Assembly (NCBI RefSeq): GCF_000143415.4
Contig: NW_003314331.1
Span: 793,169 to 857,168 of the forward strand
Origin: Selaginella moellendorffii
Lineage: Eukaryota > Plantae > Lycopodiophyta
Direction of reading: 5' to 3'
DNA length: 64,000 nucleotides
Notes under the pieces: model-generated
Seen by the model: only the letters and a program-made list of their open reading frames with translations
Databases searched by the model: none
What the model was told of the DNA's origin: nothing
Made by a program: the position numbers and the translations under genes
Part shown: positions 8,890-20,183 of the stretch, piece by piece
Layout of the letters: each line of letters opens with the position of its first letter
Position numbering within the stretch: position 1 is the first letter of the stretch

Positions 8890-11840
8890 GAAGAGAGCTT
8901 CCTTTATAGAAGATTCAAGTTGAAGCTAGGATAAGTTAGTCTAGAGAATATATGTCGCAATAAGGGTAATTAGATAGAAAAATCCATTTTTCTCGACAGT
9001 GGTGTGGGAGAAAATGGTCATGAGATTTTAGTTACAGGATCTCCAAAATAAGAAGAGGAAAGCACATCAGTTTCACAGCCAACTGTGCAAGGAGTGAAGG
9101 ATGAAATTGTTATTCTCTCTAGTGACGAAAGTGAAGAAGATGAGCTTCCCAACATAACTTCCTAGACAAGTAAATGCATTCCTTCTGGACCCGTTTTTGA
9201 AGTAGTAGATAAAGCATTTCGGCAATCTTGATCATTACGACTGGAATTGAAAGAGTTCGAGTACATAAGAGGTGAGGAGCTTCCTTCTTCTTATAATGGG
9301 AATATATTCTTCGAGTTTCCACAAGCCAGTTCATCAAGTAGGAAAAGGGGTATGGAGATGCGTCTTGATCCACATAATTGGTGCAGAGTAAAGACAACCC
9401 ACTTCTCCCATTTCGATGGATTTGTATCTATAGTCCATTGTGGTGGACAATTTCAGTATGTTGTTGCAAAATGCATTTCTGATCATGGTAAGAATATGTG
9501 TTTCTTTGAAGGCTTAGCAATCAATCCCCCTAGGCGTGATGAAGTTGCTACAAAGTTTAAATGTCACAAATGCGGGGTAACACCTGTGTGTCAAACATGT
9601 TGCAATGCAAAAATGTATTATTTTCTTCTACGGGATGGATGTTTAAGTAGAACAGCAGTGCATGTTGAACACCACCAACACACAATAGAGGAAGGAATCC
9701 GTCGTGATTCTTTTCGCAATTTGAAGGTTACTGTTACTACAGAGGCTGAGAAGAAAAGTGTTGCAACTCCAAAATGTATTCAACAGTTTATACTAAAGGA
9801 TTATGTGGTAGACACATTGCTACAGTTTGATAGCAAAAAAGAGTTCAAGGAGAACAGTTTGAAGGACTTACTTCAAAATATAGAACCTGTGACAAATTTA
9901 AATAGGTATAAAATTGATACTTAACTCTACTTTATCACTAATAACACTCTTTTTTTTGGTAGAATAAAGAATTGGATGCGAGAAGGGCGAGATGGAAAGC
10001 TTCAATCTGGATTGGATGCGATTTTAGAGGTAAAGAAAAAATGTCCCTATAAATTTATTCATGGGAGTTTGTTCGTTGGCCAAGTGACTTTGAACAATCA
10101 ACACCCTTTCATCTTTAAGATGTTTACCCTTGGTTTTACTTCTGGTGTGGACCTTGTACAACAAATGAATATGGATGGAGATAGGGACTTGGCTAATTCC
10201 TAGATCCATTTTGACCACATGGAATGAGTTTCAAGTTGGTCAACTATAGGAGCCCATATTTATGATCACAAGTAAGTGGTTTTTCATTTTTTAAGGATTC
10301 CATGCTGGTATACATTATACCCATTCCTTCTATAAGTTGTAGTGTAACTTAACTATAGTTATAACAGAATTCAAGGTTTAGGATTTCCAAGCTCCAACTA
10401 TCTTTTGGACATGTATGTTTGAGGTTGTTGAACAACAAACCAGGAAGAAACTCAACGTCCATAGTTACATAGCAGATGCTACTAGTGTTAATTGGTTAGC
10501 AGTGAGGCAAGTGTTTGGAGGTGATAAAAGTTAGTTGTTACAAGGTAGAGAGAAGAGTTGTGAATTTCATTGGGCAAAGAGTGTCAATAAACATTGCTAA
10601 TGCATCAAATTTAACTTCCATCATGAATTCAAGTAGCTAAGAATGGATGGATGCACCAACTAAAGAGGAGCACAACACAAAGACAAATGAGATGTGCATA
10701 TGGTGGCGTGAAGGAGACTAAGTGCCAATTGAACACCTTTGACAAATGGAATGCTGGCTTGTATGATGGGAAGTTCGAATGTTTCAGTGGGGTCATTATA
10801 CTCTCTATGTAAGCTTTCTCTCATTTTCTTTCTTGTCACATTCAAATATTACATTTTTCCTAGGATTAACCATTTGTTGACATTGCACTTACACCAACAA
10901 TTAATCTCTCTGAGAGCAAATATTAGAGTTAGAGAGTTTCTAAAGTAGGGAAAGGAAAAGTGTCCTTCTATGAAATTATGCTCTTTGACTTCACTAAATC
11001 TTTTAAGCAGTCATCAAAAGCTTTGGTTGCACAAAAAGCAAAGTTTTCTGGTATAGGTCCGAACTTAGATAGGCTTCGAGAGCAGGTTGGTAGAAGGACA
11101 ACACCAACAGCAGGGTCAATATCTAAAATGGTGGAGGAAGTTGTTATTGGAACTCTATGGAATTAAATTATGAACCACTTGGGTATGAAGACAATCTATA
11201 TGAAGTGTCGACAGACATTTGATGGGCCAAGCATCACTCCTTTTAGCTCTCACCATCCAGAGTTTGACTACCATTTTGTTCCACAACACCAGAAAAAAAC
11301 ATGGAGTGGAGGAGGTGTCAGTTGTTACACAAGTAAGTCCAATGCTAGAGGTTGAGAAGGTTATTGCTCGTGAGCAAGTTTCAAGTTGAAGACTTCCTCA
11401 AATATTACTGTTGATACTACTATGCCACCAATATCAACACTAGACCAGACTAGCATACATGACCAGCTAGGAATGGGAAGGTTGTACAATATAGATCTTC
11501 CATTTCAAAAAGTGCATAAAAGAAGATCAAACTGGTAAAAGAGTTGAAGTGCACAATCACAAAAACAAACTACATTAGTGCTGTGGCTAAGGAGTTTATT
11601 GTTGTGACTAAGTTGTCAAAGGGTATGAGCTACACTATCAAAATCTGTGAAAATCCATCATGTCTCTGTCGAGATTTTACACAGAAGGAAAATAGGGGAA
11701 AGTTATATTTAGCCTGCAAGCACATCTATTACATTTTTATGTAGAAACTAAACCAAGATTCTAAGATTGACCATCATATCCACCAAGCAACCCTTACAGT
11801 TGTAGAGCTTGAGAAGTGTTTTAAGATTGCTTTTAGTGTT
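8890..11840 (+). pseudogene. MULE transposase pseudogene, copy 2, with DDE core and C-terminal SWIM zinc finger
   Basis: N-terminus ESFLYRRFKLKLG matches copy 1. Cys/His module at 9247-9700; IHFDHME (D1); YIADATSVNWLAVRQVFG (D2); CEFHW (10559-10573); PTINLSESK (E, ~10895-10920); SWIM YTIKICENPSCLCRDF..ACKHIYYIF (11630-11740). Many stops. Confidence 0.85.
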
Positions 11841-12796
11841 CGGATCTATATTTATATTTGTATTTTATTGATTGAATTTACTTGGAAATATAGATTAAAT
11901 CAAAATTGGAAAGATTAAAAAATGTTGGTTCAAGACAACCCAATGTTTTTCTTATGTCTAAGAAGTCGTGAGCTTAGCTAATGAGCTCAACTCGTGAGCT
12001 TATGAGCTCAAAATCTACCCAGGCTCTGTACAAGTAGACTAGTATCACTATCAACCACTTTAGGGTTGATCATTATTTGACTAAGAAACCTCATAAACAT
12101 ATTGCTCATAATCACATGGATATGATATAAATCTCATAATGACTTGATCATCAATTGAGTAATATCATAAGCAATGTCCATGTTACTATTACAAAGATTT
12201 ACATGAATATGAAATGCCAACTTTATTTGATAATTGCATAATGCTATATCCTATTGATAGATTTACAACAATTAACTTTTGTTCACAACACGAACAAGCT
12301 CATGCCACTCTCTCCCCGACCAACCTCAAAACTAATCCAACATTAAACTACTCAAAGTGTAAAAATAAAGTTCTTTGGAAAAGAATTGAGCATTATAACT
12401 AAATCTTTCCAATAGCAAATGTAACCAAAATGGTTTAGCACTTCACTACTCTCCATCCTATGACTCACCACTTGTAAAACCATCATTATAAACATGCATC
12501 AAGGTAGAGACTCTTGATTACATGATACAAACACAAGTAATGAGATTACCTTGTTGCTAAATCATCTCTTTTAAAAAATAAATAAATTTGATTTATGTGT
12601 TTGATCCTTCATTCCTGATGACTCTCTTTTTGGTCTCAACTTAACTAAACCTCAAACTTGCATTTGCATTACCTTAGTCTAATCTAAGAAAAATGTATAA
12701 AAGAGCACAACAATAACTACTTGAACCAATAGACTAATCCCTATAGTCTTCATTGATCCATTTATAATCATGGCTAAGAAAGATCCATTAATATAA

Positions 12797-13571
12797 TGTA
12801 TATGGTTTTCACCCTTTATCCTATGGTGATTTACCATAGGAAAATCATGAAGCAAAACTTAAGCCCTTCATGTGCCACATGTCATATGCCATATGCCATA
12901 TACCACTTGAAGTGGAACTTGAGTTTCAAGGCTTTGGGCCACTGAATAAAGGAATAAAGCCAAACTCTTAAACATGGAGTTAAAAGTATAAAACTAAGAA
13001 GAAAAGCCATGTGTCATTATCCCTACTATACATTTGGACCCCCCCCCCCCCCCCTCCTCACGCTTTGGGCTTTCACCCTTAGTCACCCTTAGTACCAAGA
13101 GTTAATCTTTGGCACTAACTTGAAATTTATTAAATATAGAATGGTGCTAGATTGCAAATTTGAACATGAGACTAACACCATTGTGTTCAAGACAATCTCT
13201 ACATTCCGTAAATATGCCAAATTAGCAAATCTAGACACTTTCCATAAATAATCAATAGAACCAAAGTGGACTAACATAAGATGTATGATAGCAAGGGTGT
13301 TTGGTAGACACAGTAAGCTATCATTTGGTAAATACTGAGGGACTAAGCTTAATATTGTGGGGCTTCCCAACACTAGCAAGTGCAAGTCACATCACCATAT
13401 TAAGTATGTTTGACTAAATAACAACTTAGGATTTCCTTCCTTAGTGCCTTTCTTGTGTAAGTGCACATGTGATAACTAGTTTCTCAACTAGCCGTGGTGG
13501 CAGTAAGGGAAACATATCTGAAATGACTAGCTGATAGGTAACTTTTGATACCCACAGTCACATTTGCGACA
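12797..13571. mobile_element. Solo LTR-like repeat, family B (TGTA..TGG ... TTGCGACA)
   Basis: Shares CCCTTTATCCTATGGTGATTTACCATAG, poly-C tract and downstream block with copies at 13990, 14440, 36419, 51265 and inverted 24380-25070; TG...CA ends. Confidence 0.6.
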
Positions 13572-13989
13572 ACTAATGCTATATTAAACAACTATGGACT
13601 AACTTATTCACCAGTCATAACAAACATAAGGGAGGTTTACTTTACCCATTGTAATATGGAACAACTCATGGTAACTATAGATAGGCTAATATTAATCTTG
13701 CCAACTCAAAATGTAACATTAAATTGCTAATGTGCCTCACTCATGAGCCCAAGCACAAACATGCAAATGGTACATCTTTAATCTATCCTATAAGCCCAAG
13801 TGAAAGCTCATGCAATATAGTACAAAAAAGTAACCAAAATCTATATTTAAGAAACAAATGCAAAATCATAAAATGTGTATCCACTTGAATCATTATTTTC
13901 ATCTCTAAGTATGTAATGAGACTAGTTGCCCAATCTCATTAGATAGTACTCACTAAGACATATCCTTTAATACTAAATATAACACACTT

Positions 13990-15170
13990 AGTTTTCATCC
14001 TTTATCCTATGGTGTTTTGCCATATGATAACCACGAAATAAAACTTAAACCCTCTATGTGCCATGTGCCACATGTCTAAGAGCAGTAGAGCAAAACTCAA
14101 GTTTTAAGGTCTTGGGCCACTAAGTGACGGGATGAAGCTATACTCCTAAACATGTTGATAAGGAGCAAAGGAACTGGAGCATGGAGTGACTCATGAACAT
14201 TCAGCTCAGGGAGCAAAAGATAAGAGTACAGAGTGACAATCCTAGAGCATCCAACATCCTAATGCCAAGATTAGCATGCAAAACAAAGCCAAATAGAGTT
14301 TGGTGCAATTTTAGTATACCAATGGCCTAATATGAAGATATGAGTACTCTTGTGTTTAGGACAAACTCTACATTCTGTAGATATACCTAACTTGCAAATC
14401 TAGATACTTTTTATAAATAACTAATATGTAGTGCACATGGTTTTCACTTTTTATCCTATGGTGATTTACCATAGGATAACCACAAAGTGGAACCTAAACC
14501 CTTTATGTGCCACGTGTCACATGCCACATGCCATATGCCACGTGTCTAAAGGACAGTAGTGTGGAACCCAAGTTTCAAAGCTTTTGGCCACTGAATGAAG
14601 GAACAAAGCAAAACTCCTAAGCATGGAACCAAAGAGTAAAGGAATCAGAGCATAGAACAATTTCTAAGTGTACAACCTAAAGAGCGCAGGGACAGGAGTA
14701 CAGAGTGACTTGAAATAGTCCTAAAGCATCCAACATCCCAATGCTAAGACTAGTATGCAAAACAAAGCCAAATAGAGTCTTGTGCTATTTCAACATACTC
14801 CACCTACTAGCATGGTATGGAACTTGGGCTTAGACTCAAGTGGGACACAGAACAAGGATAGGCATGCAAATAAAAGCTAGACTATGCTTCAAGTTGGTCA
14901 GCCATGTTCAACCTACCCACTATCCCTACTATACATTTCGAACCCCTCCCCCCCCCCCCCCCTTCTTGAGGAACACATGCTTTAGGCTTTCACCCTTAGC
15001 CACCCTTAGTATCAGGAGTTAGTCTTTGGAACAAAATTGAAACTTACTAAATATGAAATATCCTAGATTATAAGACGAACACTATTATGTTTAACACAAT
15101 CTTTACATTCCGTAAATATGCCAAATGAGCAAGTCTAGACACTTTCCATAAATAGCATTTGGGACCAGAA
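13990..15170. mobile_element. Two adjacent partial family-B LTR copies; the second is split at 15170 by the 8.1-kb LTR element and resumes at 23291-23650
   Basis: GGGACCAGAA|TAAGACTAACACAAAGGG rejoins across the insertion and matches the uninterrupted copies at ~38285 and ~51560. Confidence 0.7.
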
Positions 15171-15409
15171 TGTGAGACACAAAATCCCTAGGCCCCCAAA
15201 GTGGAGTCGGAAGGGTGCCACATGGTAGTGGCCGAAGCGAAAGCCAAACGAGCGTAACACGTTTGGACTAAAAACTCCGACTTGGAAGGTCGAGAGCGGG
15301 AGTGGAACTCCCAACAAAGTGCTCAAGGAGCGAGCACGATGCAACCAATAAGCAAGGCTCAAAAAAGGGACCCAAAAAGGACCAACACATGACATGTGGA
15401 AGTGTCCAA

Positions 15410-15910
15410 GATGGACTCCGAGGTGGACCGAGATGGAGTCCGAGATGGAGTCCGAGATGGATCGAGACGGAGTCCGAGATGGAGTCCGAGACGAAGTCCA
15501 AGGTGGACCGAGACGAAGTCCGATATGGAGTCCGAGATGGAGTCCGAGGTGGACCGAGACGGAGTCCGAGATGGAGTCCAAGATGGAGTCCGAGATGGAC
15601 CGAGATGGAGTCCGAGATGGAGTTCGAGATGAAGTCCAAGGTGGACTGAGACGGAGTCTGAGATGGAGTCCAAGATGAACCGAGATGGAGTCCGAGATGG
15701 AGTCCGAGATGGACCCGAGATGGAATCCAAGATGCAGTCCGAGAAGGACCCGAGATGGAGTCCGAGGTCCAAACCGAGACCGGGACCGAGACTGAGACTG
15801 AGACCGAGACTGAGATCGGGACCGAGACTGAGATCGGGACCGAGACCGAGGCCGAGTCCAAGTCCGAGTCCGAGTCTGAGTCCGAGTCCGAGTCCGAGTT
15901 CGAGTCTGAG
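15410..15910. repeat. GAGATGGAGTCC 12-mer / GAGTCC 6-mer minisatellite inside the family-A 5' LTR
   Basis: Visible array; counterparts at 21720-22290 and 37150-37510. Confidence 0.95.
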
Positions 15911-18900
15911 AGGGTGAAAGCCCAAAGCATTCGTCTCCCAGACCCTGGGGGGTTTGGTGAGCTCCAAAAGTATAGTAAGGGGGAGGACTGCAGTGGAGCC
16001 AGTTTGGCCAGGAAAGGCCAGTTTGGCCTAGGAAGGCTAGACCCAGTGTTGGGTGATGAATTGACCACTAGGAAGTCCAAGACTAGAGTGAATACAGACC
16101 GACAAGCGGGGTAGCTTGGTGAAGTGTTCAAGAGCCGGCTCTAGTTCCCCTGGGAGATCGACTGGCCGATGCTCCCAGTCCAAGTGTGGGTGGCACTACC
16201 TACTTGGATACCTGGTGTGGCTCAACGGAACCTCGCTCTAAGCCCATGGCTAGAGCACCTAAAGGCGGAAGGTGGGGAGAGTACCCACGGGGCTCGCGTA
16301 GGTCCATGGTGTTCCAAAATGTTGTCCCAAAGTCCCAAATGGGGGAAAGGAGGAGGAGCAGTCCTCTAGTGTAGTGACTACGGATACGGTCACATGGTGA
16401 GGAAGTCCCAGAGGACAATGGGACGTAGTGGCCGGGCCTGTGGGCTTTGATCTAGTGGCAGTGTTGGTGAACATGGCCATGGACAGGAAAGGGACTTGGC
16501 AGGAACTGACAAAGGGATGTTGGGGAAGGCTATTCCCCATGTCTGTGGGCATCCTAAGGATGCTAAGGAGTGGATCTGGGATGATCACTCGTGGATGGAT
16601 AGCCTAGTCTTTGAGAGACGGGATTGTGATGCAGGTGGTGTTAGACCACCAGTGTGACCAAGGTGAATGGGCATGGCCTTAGCGTAACGGGCTGATATAT
16701 TAGTGGTACCTTGGGGTGTCGGTCATGGGATCGGACACGTGGGGCACTTAGACCAAGTGCAAAGGTTGAGTGGCAGGGATGCCATTCTAGGGGCTAGCAA
16801 GCCCAAGTCCGAAATAGGACTTATGGAGGTTGTGAGTGAGACTCCTCAAAGTGGTCGGAGATGCGGTTAAGTGACTAAAGTAAAATGGAAAAATTAGTCG
16901 CTTACAATTTGGTATCGGAATTGTTCCTTAGTCCGACTTTTATTGGTGCTGAAGTATATCACCACTAGTGTTGGCATCGGAAGGTCCTAGGAGTGGGCTT
17001 GTCCTTGAGGAGTAGCAAGTTCGGAAGACATGGCTCTCCACTACAGTTCACGTGTGAACTTGTAGGCAAGGTGGTGGATAGAAAAGGGCCAATGATGGAA
17101 CGACTTTGAGATCTTGGGAACAATATGAAGGTTTCCTCAGAGAGTTGAGAATGTGATCCAAATGAGCATTTGACTTAGCAAACTGGTTGATGTAGTTGTG
17201 GTAAACAACTACAGTTGGGATCACGGGAAAGATGCGGACTCCAAAACAATAAAGGAGTCACAAGATTACCTTTATATAGTTGAGGCTGGTACTCATAAAT
17301 TTGAGACTAGAATTGGTGACCGTGAGAGGTCAAATACAGAAGAGGACACCGGTCCTTGAAATGGTAGCTGGGGCTACCTCTAATAAATGTTGGAACAACC
17401 CAAGGAGTTGGGGGTGTACTTAAAGATGAGTTGCTATTCTCATCACATGGACAAGTGGTCCTGAGGGGCAAAGGTTAGCCCCAAGAAAATTATCAAGTGT
17501 CGGAGTAACACTTGCAAAGATTGTCCTTGTGGGTAGGACATGAATACAAGAAGTTGTATTCCAGCGAGTTGGCATCTCGAAGACTAAGACCTCGCAGGTT
17601 ATTGGATTAGCAAAGTCCAAAATGCTGGATGACTCAAGTGGAGTCAGGGAATGGTCCTAAGGGATTGGTTGAAGCATTTGGACTGAGGTGTATGGTGCCC
17701 CATGCAATATGGGGAGGATCATAAGATCCAAGTATGAGAACAATAGGTATCTCATTGATGGCAGAATGTGCCATACTAAAGTTGTGGGAAAGATGTTCCC
17801 AAAAGAAAACAACTTTGGCACAGAGTTGGGTGCAAACACTATGGTGCGGTGCTAACAAATAGTTAGCATGAGGAACAACTATATTGGTCTTGGCAAAAAC
17901 CTAGACACTAATAAGTAGTGTTATAAGGATAGGCTCGCGGGGCCAATGGTGTGGAGACACCAAATGTGCTAAGGTGTGATACCTTGAGGTTATGTTGGTG
18001 GGTTCATAAAAACCCCTTGCCAAGGGAATCCCAACGGAAATGGGAATGGCATAGCCTAAGCTGGAAGGCATGTGGTAGAGTGTGGTGACCAAAACAATGA
18101 TGGAGGTGTGGAAGCACCAGCAATGAGTTGTAGGACTTGACAACTATGAAGCAACTAAGCAAAAGGTGCAAGATAATTAGTTAAACTGGTAGAAAGTAGC
18201 TACCCGAAACTTTTTAATGGCATAAGGAAGTTAAATATACCCAATTGCTTATGTTGCAATATAGTAAGTCAATGTCGTAAAAAAGAATGCTCATTGTTCA
18301 AGAGGCTATCATTTGGGACATCTAAACACTCTAGAACACCAGAAGGTGGTGTTTGATGTTGCGAGGGTAATAAATAAAGCCTAAGGGACTAAGTCCCTAA
18401 CAAATGATGGATAGAAGGTGCTATCCAAATGTTCAAGGTTGCGGAGACGGGAGAAGACTATCTACCCGAATTAGACGAAGCCAAAAATGGAATTTTGGCA
18501 AGGCTAGTGATAGGCATGTAAGGGCCCATAAATAACAACATTAATCCCAGTGTGTGGGATTATAAGGTGAGCATACCTGGATTGAGGAACCACTCCCTAG
18601 GCTATCGGGTTGGTTCATCCTTAATAATACTTGTTAAGGCATGATAGAAAATGCAAAGCTATCCTTCTAGTCTGGAGGAGAATGACCGAAAGAAAGGTGT
18701 GAAGCCAAAAGCAAGTAGTATAGGGATAAGACCGAACCATAGGAATTGACAAGCATGACCAAGGGTGGTTATGCAAGTTGGGAGTGGAGAATCAAGTAGG
18801 TGCTCAAGCATGTTGTTACTAGCAACCAAGATGCCATGAAGAGTCTAGAGCATGGGATTGTCTATATTAGACTATATGGTAATTGGAAAGCTTGCGAAAG

Positions 18901-19637
18901 GAGAGGCCTTAGCAAGCCAAGGAACAGAGTTCCTTGAACGTTCCCCTAGGTAGATAAGTACCTAGTCAGCCAAGTGTAAATGGTTTATAGAACGCGCGAA
19001 ATCAGAGTGGCGTAGCAGAAGCGTTGTTTTGAAGCTTGCCATGAGGTGAGGCTATCAAGATTGAGGAAGTAATTCCCGAGTGTTCAAAAAGAGGGCTTTG
19101 AACGAAAGTCGATGGTTAAGGACTTTCACGCTTATGCATGAACCATGTTACGGTGGCCGAATGACTTGCTAAGTGAGATTGGCAAGTCGGGGGGAACGAT
19201 ACCCTAGTGGAAGGAGCCAACTTCAAAGAGGTGGCCCAAAGGGCCGAGCATGGAGGAGTCCATGCATGATCACAGACATGTCAAGTGAGAGGACTTAGCA
19301 GTGTGGAGGAATTAGGTTCCTAAGTTGTGATCTGTAGCGCGCTTTAAATATAAGTTGGTGTATCAGCGTGGGGAGTCACGCCAGGCATCCAGTGGGATGC
19401 CGTCCGTAGATGCATATACGGAGGTTGAGTTCGAGTCCCGACCCTCTAGTGCTTGGGTTCGAGTCCCAAATCTCTAGGGCGTGGTGATGGTTTAGAATAT
19501 GAGGACACTCATTTTTCGGTGGTCATGGACTCTCAGTAAGGAGACTGTTTTGGGCACACCACCAAGCAAGGGATGCCTCAGAGTTGTGATGCACGGTTAG
19601 ATTGTTTAGAGTGAAAGTTTGGCATGTCTAAGTTGAA

Positions 19638-20183
19638 TGTAAGCTCCTGAGTTTGGACTTCCCAGGAGGTCACCCAGCCCAGTACTATTCAAACCCAAGG
19701 ACGCTTAACCCCAAATATCCCAAGACCCTTAACCAATTGGAAAAGGGGGTGCACTCTTGTTCATGGGCCCTTTCCCTCTATATTTGAACCCTATGGATCG
19801 TCTCTCAAGTCGTTCCCTTTGGTTGCTTACAATCCACCATGCTTCCCTGCAAGTTCACGCCCTCGTGAACGGAAGCCTCGCTCTCTTGACACCCTACCCC
19901 TCGGGTCGAGCCCAGCGGGAGCAAACTGGACCAGCCAGATGTCAATCATGATTCCCTTAGCCAACCAACAGAGTCGGACTCGAGACCACTCCGATACCAA
20001 ATGTAAAATCCTGAGTTTGGACTTCCCGGGAGGTCACCCAGCCCAGTACTATTCAAACCCAAGGACGCTTAACCCCAAATATCCCAAGACCCTTAATCAA
20101 TTGGAAAAGGGGGTGCACTCTTGTTCATGGGCCCTTTCCCTCTATATTTGAACCCCATGGGTCGTTCCCTTTGGTTGCTTACA
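19638..20183 (-). mobile_element. Cassandra-type TRIM (terminal-repeat retrotransposon in miniature with 5S rRNA-derived LTRs)
   Basis: LTRs 19638-19831 and 20002-20183 (TG...CA); TSD TTGAA (19633-19637 / 20184-20188); minus-strand PBS TGGTATCGGAGTGGTCTC and PPT GGGAAGCATGGTGGAT; 170-bp interior. Each LTR carries GTTAAGCGTCCTTGGG..TAGTACTGGGCTGGGTGACCTCC(T/C)GGGAAGTCC, matching 5S rRNA A/IE/C boxes. Confidence 0.92.
19655..19711 (-). promoter_or_regulatory. 5S rRNA-derived internal Pol III control region in Cassandra LTR (second copy ~20019-20075)
   Basis: Matches plant 5S rRNA GTTAAGCGTGCTTGGG..GTAGTACTAGGATGGGTGACCTCCTGGGAAGTCC, but lacks the 5S 5' half and 3' end. Confidence 0.8.

Noticed and set aside
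15135-16131. Long ORFs (up to 350 aa) in several frames here, at 21458-22510 and at 37017-37599
   Set aside because: Artefacts of the stop-poor GAGATGGAGTCC/GAGTCC minisatellite in family-A LTRs; low complexity, no domain.
19655-20075. 5S rRNA genes
   Set aside because: Only the internal control region is present, embedded in TRIM LTRs; not full 5S genes.
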